Source of the DNA: an uncultured Actinomycetes bacterium
GTDB lineage: Bacteria; Actinomycetota; UBA4738; HRBIN12
Length of the DNA stretch: 64,000 nt
Assembly (NCBI GenBank): GCA_963766935.1
Contig: CAVYBY010000008.1
Coordinates: 158,884 to 222,883 of the forward strand
Direction: 5' to 3'
The position numbers were made by a program, and so were the translations under genes. Positions 48,909 through 59,788 of this stretch are shown one piece after another; the stretch's first letter is position 1; every line of letters begins with the position of its first letter. The notes beneath the pieces were generated by a model. That model did not search any database, was not told the origin of the DNA, and was given only the letters and a program-made list of their open reading frames with translations.

Positions 48909-49838
48909 TCAATCCGCGCGTTTGACCTGCTGTTTCCCCAGCTCGCCCGGGTCGAGGCAGGCCGCCGACGGATTCTGCGGGAAGGCTTCGGCGCACGGCG
49001 TGATCAGTCCGCCCGCCCGCGCTGCCGCGACCGCGGCGTCGACGGCCGCAACGATGATCGCGGGATCCGACTCCGGGATGAAGTGACCCACACCCTTGTC
49101 GAGCACGTGGATCGAGTTCGACGACAGCCCCGCGAGCCGGGTCTGCGACCTGGCCGTGAGCCTGGGCGCCGTGACGAGCCACTCGTCCTCGAGGACCCCC
49201 GCGGTGATCACGACGAGCGGCAGCCCTCCGAGCGAGGGCGCGTCCAGCAGCTCATGCACGGTTGCGTGCATGTCGAGCCGCTGGTTTGGACCCGGCGTCA
49301 CGGTTCCATCGATCCACGGCCCGGCGTGCAACCGCTCGTACACCGGGATCTCGGGTTCGCTCGACGCGTCGATCAACACCATCCCGGTCACATCCGCCGG
49401 CGCCAGGGCCGCGAACTCGCGCGCAACCATGCCGCCGTAGGAGTGACCGACCACCACATACGGCGGCGCGACCTTGATCGCGGACAGGAGCGCCTGCAGC
49501 TCACCGGCCTGTGTCGCCCCGGTCAGCGGCTTGACGCTCGGCGGACGCGCGTCGCTCGTACCGTCGCCCGCGCGGTCGTAGGTGCAGACGCGCGTGCTGA
49601 CCCCCACCTGGGAGAGGATCTCGCCGAACGTGTCGATCCCCGACGCCGTGTACCCGGCCTCGAGGATCACCGTTGGTGTGCCCTCGCCCTCGCATTCAAA
49701 GGCAAGCGAATAGCCGCCGATGTCGGCGCGCCCGGTGGTGCGCACGGGGGAAGCGGACGGGGCGGGAGCATCGCCGCCGTGACAGGCGACGAGCGCCGTC
49801 GCGGCGAGGATCGACACGACCGGAATCCTCGCCCTCAC
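48909..49838 (-). CDS. Alpha/beta hydrolase lipoprotein
   Basis: Lipobox ALVAC, TYDRAGDGTSD, GHSYGG nucleophile elbow, GHFI. Confidence 0.88.
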   Translation of the reverse strand: MRARIPVVSILAATALVACHGGDAPAPSASPVRTTGRADIGGYSLAFECEGEGTPTVILEAGYTASGIDTFGEILSQVGVSTRVCTYDRAGDGTSDARPPSVKPLTGATQAGELQALLSAIKVAPPYVVVGHSYGGMVAREFAALAPADVTGMVLIDASSEPEIPVYERLHAGPWIDGTVTPGPNQRLDMHATVHELLDAPSLGGLPLVVITAGVLEDEWLVTAPRLTARSQTRLAGLSSNSIHVLDKGVGHFIPESDPAIIVAAVDAAVAAARAGGLITPCAEAFPQNPSAACLDPGELGKQQVKRAD

Positions 49839-50047
49839 GTGGCCACCCTACCGGTCGGTTGCAGCCACACAACCCGCCCGGTGTGGCGGGCGCCACTTTG
49901 ACTGGGCAGTCAGTCCATTGTTAGAGTTCATGTACGCGGAGCCCGTCCGGGCGGAGCGCTTGCCCGGGCAGAGCCCGAGTCAACGCGCCCCCGACCCGTG
50001 CGGGTCCCCCCCCGCCGTCGGCGGAGCCGAACGGAAGGGGAGGGAAC

Positions 50048-52403
50048 ATGTCCGATTTGGATTCCGCACGTCCGAGCGTCGGTGAGCACGCAGACCATCC
50101 GGTCGCCCGGTTCGAGGACCCGAGCATCGTCCTTGCCCACGGAGCCGATGCGCCGGACCCGCACGACGTGAGCGAAACCCAAGGACTCCGAGAGGAGCTG
50201 CGCCGACTCATGGCTGCGCGTGTTTCCCGTCGCTCGCTGCTCACGCGCGGCGCGACGGGCGTCGGAGTCGGCGCGCTCGCGGCATCGCTCGGCGGGCTGG
50301 CGGCGTCGCCCACGGCTGCGGCGGCAGCGGGGTTCGACGCGACGGGGGACCTCGAATCGCTGAACGCCGCGATCGACGTCGACTTCCTCGGTCGTGTCAC
50401 GAAGAAGGTCGCGAGCTTCAGCGACACGCCCATGGGCTCGCGTCCCGGAGGATCGCCGGCCAACCTCGAGGCGGTGGACTGGATCGCGCGCAGAGATGAG
50501 CGCGGTGGGAATGCGCCGCGTCGCGAAGCTCCCGGTCCCGATCGACCGCTGGGTCTTCGGCGGCGCCATCGGTCGCCGTCGACGGCGGTGGACCGACGTT
50601 CGACGCCAGCTCCTGGGGCGGCGTGCCCGGCACGCCCGCCGGCGGGATCACACGCCGAGGTGCTCGACCTCGGCACCGGCTCAGGCCAGCGACTACGAGG
50701 GCGTCGACGCCACCGGCAAGATCGTGCTCGTCAACTGGGCAGTTCGGCGACTACTGGGTCAACCGGCACGGGCACCAGGCCACGCTCGAAGGCGCCCTGG
50801 CCGTGATCTTCTACACCGGAACCACGGCGGCCGGCGCCTTCTACAACGAGCGCGACGACGGGCTGCTCGGGCTTCGACGGCACCTACGACGACGACTGGG
50901 TGCCGTTCGTCTTCGTCACCCGCAACGCCGCGAACGACCTGCGGCCCGGATCGCGGCGGGACCGACGTTCGTCACCGTTGACGTCGAACGTCGAGCTGAC
51001 CCGGGCCGAGGACGGCGGCGTCGGCTACAACGTGCTCGGCATGATCCCGGGCACCGACCGGGCCGGTCGAGTACATCATCTTCACCGGTCATCACGACGC
51101 CTGGTTCCACGGTGCCGCCGACGACGCCACGGCGATCGCCGCCATGCTCGGGATCGCGAAGGCGATTCGGGACACCGGCTTCCGGCCACGGCGGACGCTG
51201 CTCTTCCTGGCCAGCACGAACGAGGAGTACGGCTACACCGACGCCTACTACGAGTGGCTGATCGGCTGCTGGTACGCGGTGACGCACCAGCGCCGCCGCG
51301 AGTGGGAGACACAAGGCCATCCTCAGCCTCGACTTCGAGCTGCTGGGCACCGGCGATCCCGGCGAGCGGCTGCTGATCCGCACGCACGTCCGAGCTGCTG
51401 GACACGCCGTCGAAGCTCGAGAGCGACCCGTCCCGCGGACGCCGTTCGGGACGGCGTGGCGCAGAACGTCGTCTGGGCCAACGCCGACCACTTCACGCTG
51501 ACGGCCGCGGGGATCCCGGGCCTGTACTTCAACACCGTCGGCACGTCGTACCTGACCCGCGAACTACCACACCAACTACGACGTCGTTCGAGAACGTGAA
51601 CATCCCCTACCTCGCGCCAGAACATCGAGGTCATCAACGACATCTGGGTCGACCACGACCGCTCGACGCTTGCCGCTGCTGGACTTCGTCGCGCGCGCGA
51701 CCGAGGCAGAGGCGCGGATCGCCTACGAGGCGGAGCCGGGGGTCGGGATCCGCGACCTGCCGCGGCACCCACCAACATGCCGCGGACGCGGCTCGAGACA
51801 CGCCGTGGCGAAGTTCCGGGCCGGCCGCCGAGGCGCTGGAGGCGCGGCTCGAGTCCGGCAAACGTCCCACTCGAAGCAGCGGGTCGGTCGAGCGCTGATG
51901 CTGAACGCGGAGCGGCTGATCCTCACTGCGCAACCTGGTCGCGCTGGACGTCTTCGACCAGTACATCTTCCCGCACCAGCAGCTGCAGCGAGACGCGACC
52001 CGGATGCAGCTCGCGATCGACGCGCTCGAAGGCCGGCGAATCCGTCACTGGCCAACGACACGTACATCCGCCGGACCGGACTGACGAGCGCCGGGCGTCA
52101 GTTCGCCTACGAGACCTATGCCGCCGAGAACGCGCGGCACGATCCGCGCGCGGACCGGCTCCAGTGGGGCGGGCAGGCTCATCTGGCCCCCTACGTCGAC
52201 TCTGTGGAGGAATACCACGTCGATCGCGGCAAGATCGCCGACGGGAGTCCGACCCGGCGCGACTTCCGCCAGGAGATCCGCCGTCGATCCGCCAGAAGCT
52301 CGGCCCCGTCTACCGGCGGCTCAACCAGCGGCTCGTACGGATGTCGGAGGTCTTCCACGAAGCCACGGTCGCCCTCCGGGAGGCCGCCAAGCACGCCGGC
52401 TGA
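50048..52403 (+). CDS. Tat-exported M28-family aminopeptidase with a PA domain; many frameshifts
   Basis: SRRSLL signal; GKIVLV (PA domain), YNVLGMIPG, GHHDAWFHGAADD read from DNA 51086-51125, NEEYG, ADHFT..AAGIP. Confidence 0.75.
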
Positions 52404-52407
52404 TCGG

Positions 52408-52496
52408 CGGAGACGCCGGGATTCGAACCCGGGATGGACGGTTAGGCCCATAACCGCTTAGCAGGCGGCTCCTTTCGGCCACTCAGGCACGTCTCC
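52408..52496 (-). tRNA. tRNA-Ser (anticodon GCT)
   Basis: Reverse complement GGAGACG...GCCGC-CTGCTAA-GCGGT, long variable arm, GGTTCGAATCC, CGTCTCC-G; TAGAAT -10 just upstream. Confidence 0.95.
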
Positions 52497-52589
52497 GAGG
52501 GCGATTCTAGAGCACCGACCCTCGCGGTCAGGCGGACGGGGCCGGTCGAAACGTGCCGTGGCAAGGCCATGAGTAGGATGGTGCCTCCG

Positions 52590-53861
52590 ATGGCGATCCT
52601 CACGCTGGGCGTCTCGTTTCGTCGCGCCCCGCTCGACGTCCTGGAGCGGCTGGCGTTCTCCGACGACGACCTCGTCAAGGCCTACCGAATGGCCGCCGAC
52701 GCCGACGGGGTCGGCGAGGCCGTCATCCTGTCGACCTGCAACCGAGTCGAGATCACGGCGGAAGTTCCCGCCTACCACGCCGGGTTCCTCGCCCTGAAGG
52801 AGCTCCTGTGCGACTCGCGCGGGGTCGAGCCCGACGAGCTGGCCGATCCCCTCTATTCGCACTGGGAGCAGGACGCCGTCGAGCACATCTTCGCCGTCGC
52901 CGCCGGCCTGGACTCCATGCTGCTCGGTGAAACACAGATCGCAACGCAGGTTCGCGAAGCCCTTCGGCGCGCGGAGGCGGAAGGCCTCGCCGGACCCGTG
53001 CTCGCTCGGCTGTTCCACGCGGCGAGCCGCGCCGGCCGTCGGGCGCGCCAGGAGACCGGACTCGGCGCCGCTCCCGATGCGTTCGTCGCGCTCGCGTCCG
53101 ACCTGGCCGGCAGCGAGCTCGGCGGGCTGGAGGGCCGCGCCGCGGTCGTCGTCGGGGCCGGGCAGATGGCCGCGCTGGCCGTCGCGCACCTTCGGGGGCT
53201 CGGCGCCGGACCGATCCGGATCCTCAACCGGTCGGTCGAGCGCGCCCAGGTGCTCGCCGAACGAACCGGTGCCGAACACGGCTCGATGACGTCGCTCCCC
53301 GATGCCGTCGAGCGGGCCGACCTCGTCGTGTCCGCCACCGGAGCCGTCGGGCGCGTCCTCGAAGCTTCCACCGTGGCTGCCGCGATGCGCGGCCGTCCCG
53401 AGCGGCCGCTCGTCCTCGTGGACCTGGCCGTTCCCCGCGACGTGGATCCCGAGACCGCCGAGGTTCCCGGCGTCCGTCTGATCGACCTCGACTCGGTCCG
53501 CGACCGGCTGGGGGAGCACGACCAAGCCGCGGCGCTGGAGATCCGGCGCGCCGGGGCGATCGTGGCCGAAGAGGTCCGGCGCTACGTCGTCCGCCGGCGC
53601 GGCGACGACTTCGCCCCGTTGATCCGCGCGCTCCGGGCTCACGGCGACGATGTCGTGCGATTCGAGATGCAGCGCCACTCCGCGCGCCTCGCCGACCTGA
53701 CACCCGAGCAACGGGCAGGCGTCGAAGCGCTCGCCAACGGGATCGTCGCGAAGCTGCTGCACGACCCGATCGTCGAGCTGAAGGAACGCTCCGAGCCCGG
53801 CTCGGAGGGCGTGCACGCGCGCGTCCTCGCCGAGCTACTCGGGCTCGACCCGGATTCGTAA
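52590..53861 (+). CDS. hemA: Glutamyl-tRNA reductase
   Basis: ILSTCNRVE, GLDSMLLGETQI, GAGQM, NRS, DLAVPRDV, KLLHDP. Confidence 0.95.
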   Translation: MAILTLGVSFRRAPLDVLERLAFSDDDLVKAYRMAADADGVGEAVILSTCNRVEITAEVPAYHAGFLALKELLCDSRGVEPDELADPLYSHWEQDAVEHIFAVAAGLDSMLLGETQIATQVREALRRAEAEGLAGPVLARLFHAASRAGRRARQETGLGAAPDAFVALASDLAGSELGGLEGRAAVVVGAGQMAALAVAHLRGLGAGPIRILNRSVERAQVLAERTGAEHGSMTSLPDAVERADLVVSATGAVGRVLEASTVAAAMRGRPERPLVLVDLAVPRDVDPETAEVPGVRLIDLDSVRDRLGEHDQAAALEIRRAGAIVAEEVRRYVVRRRGDDFAPLIRALRAHGDDVVRFEMQRHSARLADLTPEQRAGVEALANGIVAKLLHDPIVELKERSEPGSEGVHARVLAELLGLDPDS

Positions 53862-54764
53862 GTGACCGCGCTCCGGATCGGCACCCGCCGCTCCACGCTC
53901 GCCGTCGCCCAGGCGGAACTGGTCCGCGAGCTGCTCGCCGGCGTCGGCGCCGACGCCGAGATCGTTCCGATGTCGACCCGCGGTGACGAGTCGCCACCGC
54001 CCACCGACGCCCCGCACGGCATGAAGGGTCTGTGGACCGACGCGATCACCGAGGCGCTGCTTGCGGGCGAGATCGACATCGCGGTGCACTCGGCGAAGGA
54101 CCTGCCGGCCGGGGAAACCGAGGGGGTCGTGGTTGCCGGTGTCCCGGTTCGCGGCGATCCGCGCGACGTCTTGGTGCTGCGCGAAACCGGGTCCCTGACG
54201 CCGGGATCGGTCGTCGGGACATCGAGCGTGCGCCGGCGCGCCCAGTTGCTCGCCGCGTTCCCGGGAATCGCATTCGTCGATCTGCACGGCAACGTGGATA
54301 CGCGCTTGCACCGGCTCGCGCAGCGCGAGGCCGACGCGGTGGTGTTGGCGGCGGCCGGCCTGCACCGGCTGGGGATCAGGCCGGCCGAAGCCCGGCCGCT
54401 CGAGCTCGACGTGATGGTCCCGGCGCCGGGGCAGGGAAGCCTGGCGTTGCAGTGCCGGATCGACGACTCGGTTGCGTCGCTTGCGATCGGGTCGGTGGAC
54501 GACCCGCACTCGCACCGGGCATTCGACGCGGAGCGGGCGGTCGTCGCCCGTCTGGGCGGCGGGTGCGCCCTCCCGCTCGGCGCCTTCGCCACGGCGCTGC
54601 ACGGCCGGGTGCATCTGACCGCGCTCGTCGCCACCGCCGACGGCGAGACGATCCTTCGGTCGAGCGCCGAGGCCCGGTTCCCGGAGGATGCCGCCGAGCA
54701 GGTCACCGACGGGCTTCTCGCCCAGGGCGCCGCGCTGATCCTGGCCGCGATCGAGGATGCCTGA
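53862..54764 (+). CDS. hemC: Hydroxymethylbilane synthase (porphobilinogen deaminase)
   Basis: GTRRSTLA, AVHSAKDLP, GTSSVRR, GNVDTRL, PAPGQG, GGGCALP. Confidence 0.95.
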   Translation: MTALRIGTRRSTLAVAQAELVRELLAGVGADAEIVPMSTRGDESPPPTDAPHGMKGLWTDAITEALLAGEIDIAVHSAKDLPAGETEGVVVAGVPVRGDPRDVLVLRETGSLTPGSVVGTSSVRRRAQLLAAFPGIAFVDLHGNVDTRLHRLAQREADAVVLAAAGLHRLGIRPAEARPLELDVMVPAPGQGSLALQCRIDDSVASLAIGSVDDPHSHRAFDAERAVVARLGGGCALPLGAFATALHGRVHLTALVATADGETILRSSAEARFPEDAAEQVTDGLLAQGAALILAAIEDA

Positions 54765-55551
54765 GCCCAGGTCCGGACGCGCCGGGCGACGTCCGCTTTC
54801 GGGCCGGACCGTCCTCGTGACGCGGCCGTCGGGCCGAGAGGCGGCGTTCGTTCGCGAGCTCGAACGACGTGGCGCTCGGGTGCTCGCCGCCCCGACGATC
54901 CAGATCCACCCGGCGCGCTCCGCCGCGCTCACGAAGGCGCTCGGCGACCTGGAGCGCGAGCGGTTCTCCTGGATCGTCGTCACGAGCGTCGCCACGGTCG
55001 ACATGCTCGCGGCGAGGATGCGAGATCCCGCGGCAGTGCGGGCGCGCGTCGCGGCGATCGGCGAGGGAACGGCCGGCGCCCTGCGCGACTGGACCGGCCG
55101 GGCACCCGATCTGGTGCCGGCGACCTTCACGACCGCCGCGCTGGCGAGGGCCTTCCCCCGCGGGACCGGACGCGTCCTGTGCGCTCGCGCCGACATCGCG
55201 CCGCCGGGTCTGGAGGACGAGCTCGCTCGCAAAGGCTGGACGGCCGAGCGCGTCGACGCCTACCGCACGCGGGTCCCCCGTTCGCTTCCGGCGGCCGCGC
55301 GGGCGGCGCTCCGCCGCGGCGAGATCGACGCCGTGACCTTCACGAGCGCATCCACCGTGCGAGGATTCGCGACCCTCGCGGGAACCGGCGTCGGCAGCGC
55401 CCGCGTCGTGTGCATCGGCCCCGTGACCGCCCATGCCGCCAGGGAGGGCGGCTTCCACGTCCACGCCGTGGCCCGCCCGCACACCGCGGCCGGTCTCGTC
55501 GAGGCCGTCGTTCGCGCCATCGGCCCCCGGCCCGCTACCCTGTCCCGATGA
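54757..55551 (+). CDS. hemD: Uroporphyrinogen-III synthase
   Basis: LSGRTVLVTRP, AAIGEGTA, DAVTFTSASTV, CIGPVTA. Confidence 0.9.
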   Translation: MPEPRSGRAGRRPLSGRTVLVTRPSGREAAFVRELERRGARVLAAPTIQIHPARSAALTKALGDLERERFSWIVVTSVATVDMLAARMRDPAAVRARVAAIGEGTAGALRDWTGRAPDLVPATFTTAALARAFPRGTGRVLCARADIAPPGLEDELARKGWTAERVDAYRTRVPRSLPAAARAALRRGEIDAVTFTSASTVRGFATLAGTGVGSARVVCIGPVTAHAAREGGFHVHAVARPHTAAGLVEAVVRAIGPRPATLSR

Positions 55552-56531
55552 GCTTCCCCAGGCAGCGCTTCCGCCGCCTCCGCAGGACGCCGGCCATCCG
55601 GGCACTCGTGCGCGAGACCGTCGTCCTGCCCGAGGATCTGATCGCGCCGCTGTTCGTGAAGGAGGGCATCTCCGAGGCGGCGCCCATCGGCTCGATGCCA
55701 GGTCAGCTCCAGCACACGCTCGAGTCGCTCCGCAAGGAGGTCGTCGAGACGGCCGAGCGCGGCGTTCATGCGTTCATGCTCTTCGGCATCCCCGCGCACA
55801 AGGACGCCGAGGGATCGGAGGCCTGGAATGCCGAAGGCATTTCCCAGCGCGCGATCCGCGTGCTCCGTGAGGAGCTCGGCGACGACGCGGTCGTGATGTC
55901 GGATCTGTGTCTGGACGAGTACACGGACCACGGCCACTGCGGCGTCCTGAACGACCGCGGCGAGGTCGACAACGACGCGACGCTCGATCGATACCGGTCG
56001 ATCGCGGTCGCGCAAGCGGCGGCGGGCGCGGACCTGGTCGGCCCGAGCGGCATGATGGACGGTCAGGTCGCCGCCATCCGCGACGCATTGGACGACGCCG
56101 GCCATACGGATGCCGGGATCATCGCGTACGCCGCGAAGTTCGCGAGCGCGCTCTACGGGCCGTTCCGCGACGCCGCGGAGTGCGCGCCGCGGTTCGGCGA
56201 CCGCACCGGGTATCAGCAGGATCCGGCCAACGCCGACGAAGCCGTGCGCGAGATCCGCGCCGATATCGAGCAGGGAGCCGACATCGTGATGATCAAGCCG
56301 GCCCTTCCCTACCTCGACGTGATCCGCCGGGCAAAAGACGAGACCGCGTTCCCGATGGCCGCGTACAACGTCAGCGGCGAGTACGCGATGGTGAAGGCGG
56401 CGGCGGCGAACGGGTGGCTGGACGAGCGCCGGCTGGCGATGGAGATCCTCACGTCGATCCGGCGGGCCGGAGCCGACCTAGTCCTCACCTACCACGCGAA
56501 AGACGCCGCGGACTGGCTCCGCAACGGCTGA
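55548..56531 (+). CDS. hemB: Porphobilinogen synthase (Zn-type ALA dehydratase)
   Basis: DLCLDEYTDHGHCG, PSGMMDGQV, YGPFRDA, MIKPALPYLD, AAYNVSGEY. Confidence 0.95.
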   Translation: MSFPRQRFRRLRRTPAIRALVRETVVLPEDLIAPLFVKEGISEAAPIGSMPGQLQHTLESLRKEVVETAERGVHAFMLFGIPAHKDAEGSEAWNAEGISQRAIRVLREELGDDAVVMSDLCLDEYTDHGHCGVLNDRGEVDNDATLDRYRSIAVAQAAAGADLVGPSGMMDGQVAAIRDALDDAGHTDAGIIAYAAKFASALYGPFRDAAECAPRFGDRTGYQQDPANADEAVREIRADIEQGADIVMIKPALPYLDVIRRAKDETAFPMAAYNVSGEYAMVKAAAANGWLDERRLAMEILTSIRRAGADLVLTYHAKDAADWLRNG

Positions 56532-56567
56532 GCGCGAACGATCGGCCGGCCACCGGCGGACGCTGAC

Positions 56568-57842
56568 GTGACAACATCCGACGAGCTGTTCGCCCGGGCG
56601 CTCGAGCTCGTGCCCGGGGGCGTCAACTCTCCGGTCCGCGCGTTCGGTGCGGTCGGCGGGCTCCCGCGGGTGATCGCCAGCGGCGACGGCGCGTGGATCG
56701 TGGATGTCGACGGCAAGCGCTACATCGACTTCGTCCAGTCGTGGGGCGCGCTGTTGTTCGGTCATGCGCGCAAGGAGATCATCGAGGCTGTGATCGACGC
56801 CGCGCGGCGGGGCACCTCGTTCGGCGCGCCGGCCGAGGGCGAGGTGGCACTCGCCGAGCTGATCGTGAACGCGGTTCCCAGCATCGAATCGGTGCGGCTC
56901 ACGAGCTCGGGGACCGAGGCCGCGATGAGCGCGGTGCGGCTGGCGCGCGGCACCACCGGGCGCGACGGGATCGTCACGTTCGAAGGCGGGTACCACGGCC
57001 ACGCAGACGCTCTGCTCGCCGCGCGAGCGGGATCGGGTCTGGCGACGTTCGGCATCCCGCGATCGCCGGGCGTCACCGAAGGCGCGGTGCGCGACACGCT
57101 CACGGCGCCCTACAACGACCTCGGGGAGGTCCGGGCCCTGTTCGAGGCGAACCCGGATCGGATCGCGGCCGTCCTGGTCGAGCCGGTCGCCGCGAACATG
57201 GGCGTCGTGCCACCCCAGCCCGGCTTCCTCGAAGGGCTCCGGGCGCTCTGCGACAAGCACGGCGCGCTCCTCGTCTTCGACGAGGTCATCACGGGGTTCC
57301 GTATCGACTACGGCGGCGCGCAGACGGTCTTCGGCGTCACGCCGGACCTCACCGTGCTGGGGAAGGTCATGGGCGGCGGTCTCCCCTGTGCGGCCTTCGG
57401 CGGACGGCGCGACGTGATGGAGCAGCTCGCCCCGGTCGGTCCCGTGTACCAGGCCGGCACGCTGTCGGGAAATCCCGTCGCGGTGGCGGCGGGGATCGCC
57501 GCGCTCAACCTGGCCCGGAGCACCGACCCGTACCCGGGGCTGGAACGCACCGCCGTCGAGCTCGTGGACGGACTCGGCGCCGCGTTCGATCGCGCCGGCG
57601 TCCCCGCCACGATCAATCGCGCCCGCTCACTCTTCAGCGTGTTCTTCACGGCGGACCCGGTGCGAAGCTTCGCCGACGCGGGGGCGGCCGACCACGACCG
57701 CTACGCGAGGTTCTTCCACCACATGCTGGATCGAGGGATCTCGCTGCCGCCATCGGGGTACGAGTTGTGGACGATCGGAACGGCGCACGGCCCCGGCGAG
57801 ATCGAAAAGACGCTCGAGGCCGCGCGCTCGTTTTCCGGGTAG
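56568..57842 (+). CDS. hemL: Glutamate-1-semialdehyde 2,1-aminomutase
   Basis: PGGVNSPVRAF, SGTEA, YHGH, FDEVITGFR, GKVMGGGLP, YQAGTLSGNP. Confidence 0.95.
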   Translation: MTTSDELFARALELVPGGVNSPVRAFGAVGGLPRVIASGDGAWIVDVDGKRYIDFVQSWGALLFGHARKEIIEAVIDAARRGTSFGAPAEGEVALAELIVNAVPSIESVRLTSSGTEAAMSAVRLARGTTGRDGIVTFEGGYHGHADALLAARAGSGLATFGIPRSPGVTEGAVRDTLTAPYNDLGEVRALFEANPDRIAAVLVEPVAANMGVVPPQPGFLEGLRALCDKHGALLVFDEVITGFRIDYGGAQTVFGVTPDLTVLGKVMGGGLPCAAFGGRRDVMEQLAPVGPVYQAGTLSGNPVAVAAGIAALNLARSTDPYPGLERTAVELVDGLGAAFDRAGVPATINRARSLFSVFFTADPVRSFADAGAADHDRYARFFHHMLDRGISLPPSGYELWTIGTAHGPGEIEKTLEAARSFSG

Positions 57843-57846
57843 GACG

Positions 57847-58314
57847 CTAGGCGACCCTCGCGCCGACGAGATCCGCGGCGGCCGGCGACACGGGCTCGCG
57901 GGGCTCGCGCCGCGCGATGGTGAACGTACCGATCACCCGGTCGTCGCCGTCGTGCGCCGCGGCGACGCGGCACCGCAGCCGGCCGTTCCCGGGTCCTTCG
58001 AGAGTGAAGGTCGAGGTCTGACCCGTCAACGCGGCCGTGTGCGCCTCGAGAACGGCAAGGTTCTGCCCTTCCATGCCGAACACGTCCAGGATCTCGCGAC
58101 CCTCCGACTTGTCCCGATCCATCCCTATCAGGCGGATGGCGGCGTCGCTCACGGTCTTCAGCCGGAGCGCCGCGTCGGTGCTCCACAGGAACATGCTTCG
58201 CTCCCTCGTCCGCCGCGGTGAGACGGCGACCATGCGCTGACTGCGGCCGGCCGCACCCGAAGGGGTCCACGACGGCTGCGAATCCGTGATCCCGAACAAC
58301 TCCCACTGACGCAT
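57847..58314 (-). CDS. Stand-alone PAS-domain protein
   Basis: [22 protein letters not shown]...GREILDVF...[18 protein letters not shown] pattern; RBS GGGAGGG. Confidence 0.6.
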   Translation of the reverse strand: MRQWELFGITDSQPSWTPSGAAGRSQRMVAVSPRRTRERSMFLWSTDAALRLKTVSDAAIRLIGMDRDKSEGREILDVFGMEGQNLAVLEAHTAALTGQTSTFTLEGPGNGRLRCRVAAAHDGDDRVIGTFTIARREPREPVSPAAADLVGARVA

Positions 58315-58572
58315 CGCAATCACCCTCCCGGTGACTTGGTGGCTTCCCACTCCTTTCGGATCGGCGGGCGCCCGGAGCGCAGTCGGCCCGCCGGGGGGTT
58401 TCGAGGTACCGGTGGCGTCGGCCACGGCTCCTACGTGACGGGGCGCCCGGGGTTTAGGACCATCAGCGACCCACGCGCGTTCACGGAATGCGCGGGTCAC
58501 CAAGGGCGTTTTTGCAAGTGCATCGACCTCGCAACCGAATCCCCGATGCACGCCGACGGCAAGGAGACGAAG

Positions 58573-59127
58573 ATGGAACCCATGACGAGTGAGATTGCGA
58601 CCTTCGGGGCCGGCTGTTTCTGGGGCGTCGAGTACGTCTTCGCCCGCGTCCCGGGTGTCACCGGGGTCCAGTCCGGATACAGCGGAGGGGTCACTGCCTC
58701 GCCGACGTACCGGGATGTGTGCTCGCACACGACCGGTCACGCGGAGGTCGTCCGCGTGACGTTCGATCCCGCCCGCGTGTCGTACGAGCAGCTGGTCGAG
58801 GTGTTCTGGGCGATGCACGACCCGACGCAGGTCGACCGGCAGGGACCCGACGTCGGCGACCAGTATCGGAGCGTCATCTTCACGCACTCCGACGAGCAGC
58901 AGCGCGTCGCGGAGGCTTCGCGTGAGCGCGCGTGGTCGCGTTACGACCGTCCGATCGCGACCGAGATCCTTCCGGCGCCGGAGTTCTACCCGGCCGAGGA
59001 CTACCACCAGTCCTACTACGACCGGAACGGCCACACCCCGTACTGCCACGTGGTCCCGACACGAACCCTCGAGCAGCTCGGCCTGATCCCGGCGACCCCG
59101 CCTCAGAGCGCGCACCCCGTATCCTGA
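58573..59127 (+). CDS. msrA: Peptide-methionine (S)-S-oxide reductase
   Basis: [38 protein letters not shown]. Confidence 0.95.
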   Translation: MEPMTSEIATFGAGCFWGVEYVFARVPGVTGVQSGYSGGVTASPTYRDVCSHTTGHAEVVRVTFDPARVSYEQLVEVFWAMHDPTQVDRQGPDVGDQYRSVIFTHSDEQQRVAEASRERAWSRYDRPIATEILPAPEFYPAEDYHQSYYDRNGHTPYCHVVPTRTLEQLGLIPATPPQSAHPVS

Positions 59128-59131
59128 CGGC

Positions 59132-59788
59132 GTGGCAGCACCCTCGGCCGTCCTGATCGATCTGTACGACACGCTCGTGTGGAGCGAGTGGTCCTTGATC
59201 CGCGACGCGTTCGCTGAGCGGCTCGGCGTCTCGGCCGCCGACCTGCTTCACGCCTTCGAGCAGACCCGCGACCTTCGGGGCGTGGGCGCCTACGACGACG
59301 CGGCCGGCGACGCGGCCGTGCTCGTCGAGGCGCTCGGGATCGCTCCAGACCAAGCTCTCGTCGGCGAGCTGACCAAGCTCGAGCGCGACCGGCTCGTCAC
59401 CTCGGTGCACTTGCACGAGGATTCGATCCCGGTTCTGCGGGAGCTTCGCAAGCGCGGCGTCAAGACGGCGCTCGTCAGCAACTGCTCGCACGCCACGCGG
59501 CCGGTCGTCGACCGGCTCGGTCTCGAAGACGAGTTCGACACGGTCGTCCTGTCGTTCGAGGTCGGCTCGCTCAAACCCGAGCCGGCGATCTACCTGGCCG
59601 CGCTCGAACGGCTCGACACTGCGCCCTCCGACGCGGTTTTCGTGGACGACCAGCCCGCCTATTGCGACGGCGCCGCCGCCGTCGGGATCCAGGCTCGCCT
59701 CATTGCTCGAGGTCCCACGGATGCGGCCGCCTCCAACGGGCACGTCGTGATCCGCGACCTGCGGACACTCTTGGACGAACGTCGATGA
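59132..59788 (+). CDS. HAD-family hydrolase
   Basis: DLYDTLV motif I, VSN, KPEPAIY, FVDD. Confidence 0.88.
   Translation: MAAPSAVLIDLYDTLVWSEWSLIRDAFAERLGVSAADLLHAFEQTRDLRGVGAYDDAAGDAAVLVEALGIAPDQALVGELTKLERDRLVTSVHLHEDSIPVLRELRKRGVKTALVSNCSHATRPVVDRLGLEDEFDTVVLSFEVGSLKPEPAIYLAALERLDTAPSDAVFVDDQPAYCDGAAAVGIQARLIARGPTDAAASNGHVVIRDLRTLLDERR

Noticed and set aside
52405-52496. tRNA-Ser as the attachment site of a genomic island covering the left part of the window
   Set aside because: No integrase, transposase or duplicated tRNA 3' end was seen in the window.
58330-58370. c-di-GMP-I riboswitch suggested by CCGAAAGG..GGGA on the minus strand
   Set aside because: The flanking GGCAAAC and GCAAAGC consensus elements are missing; kept only as a generic structured leader.
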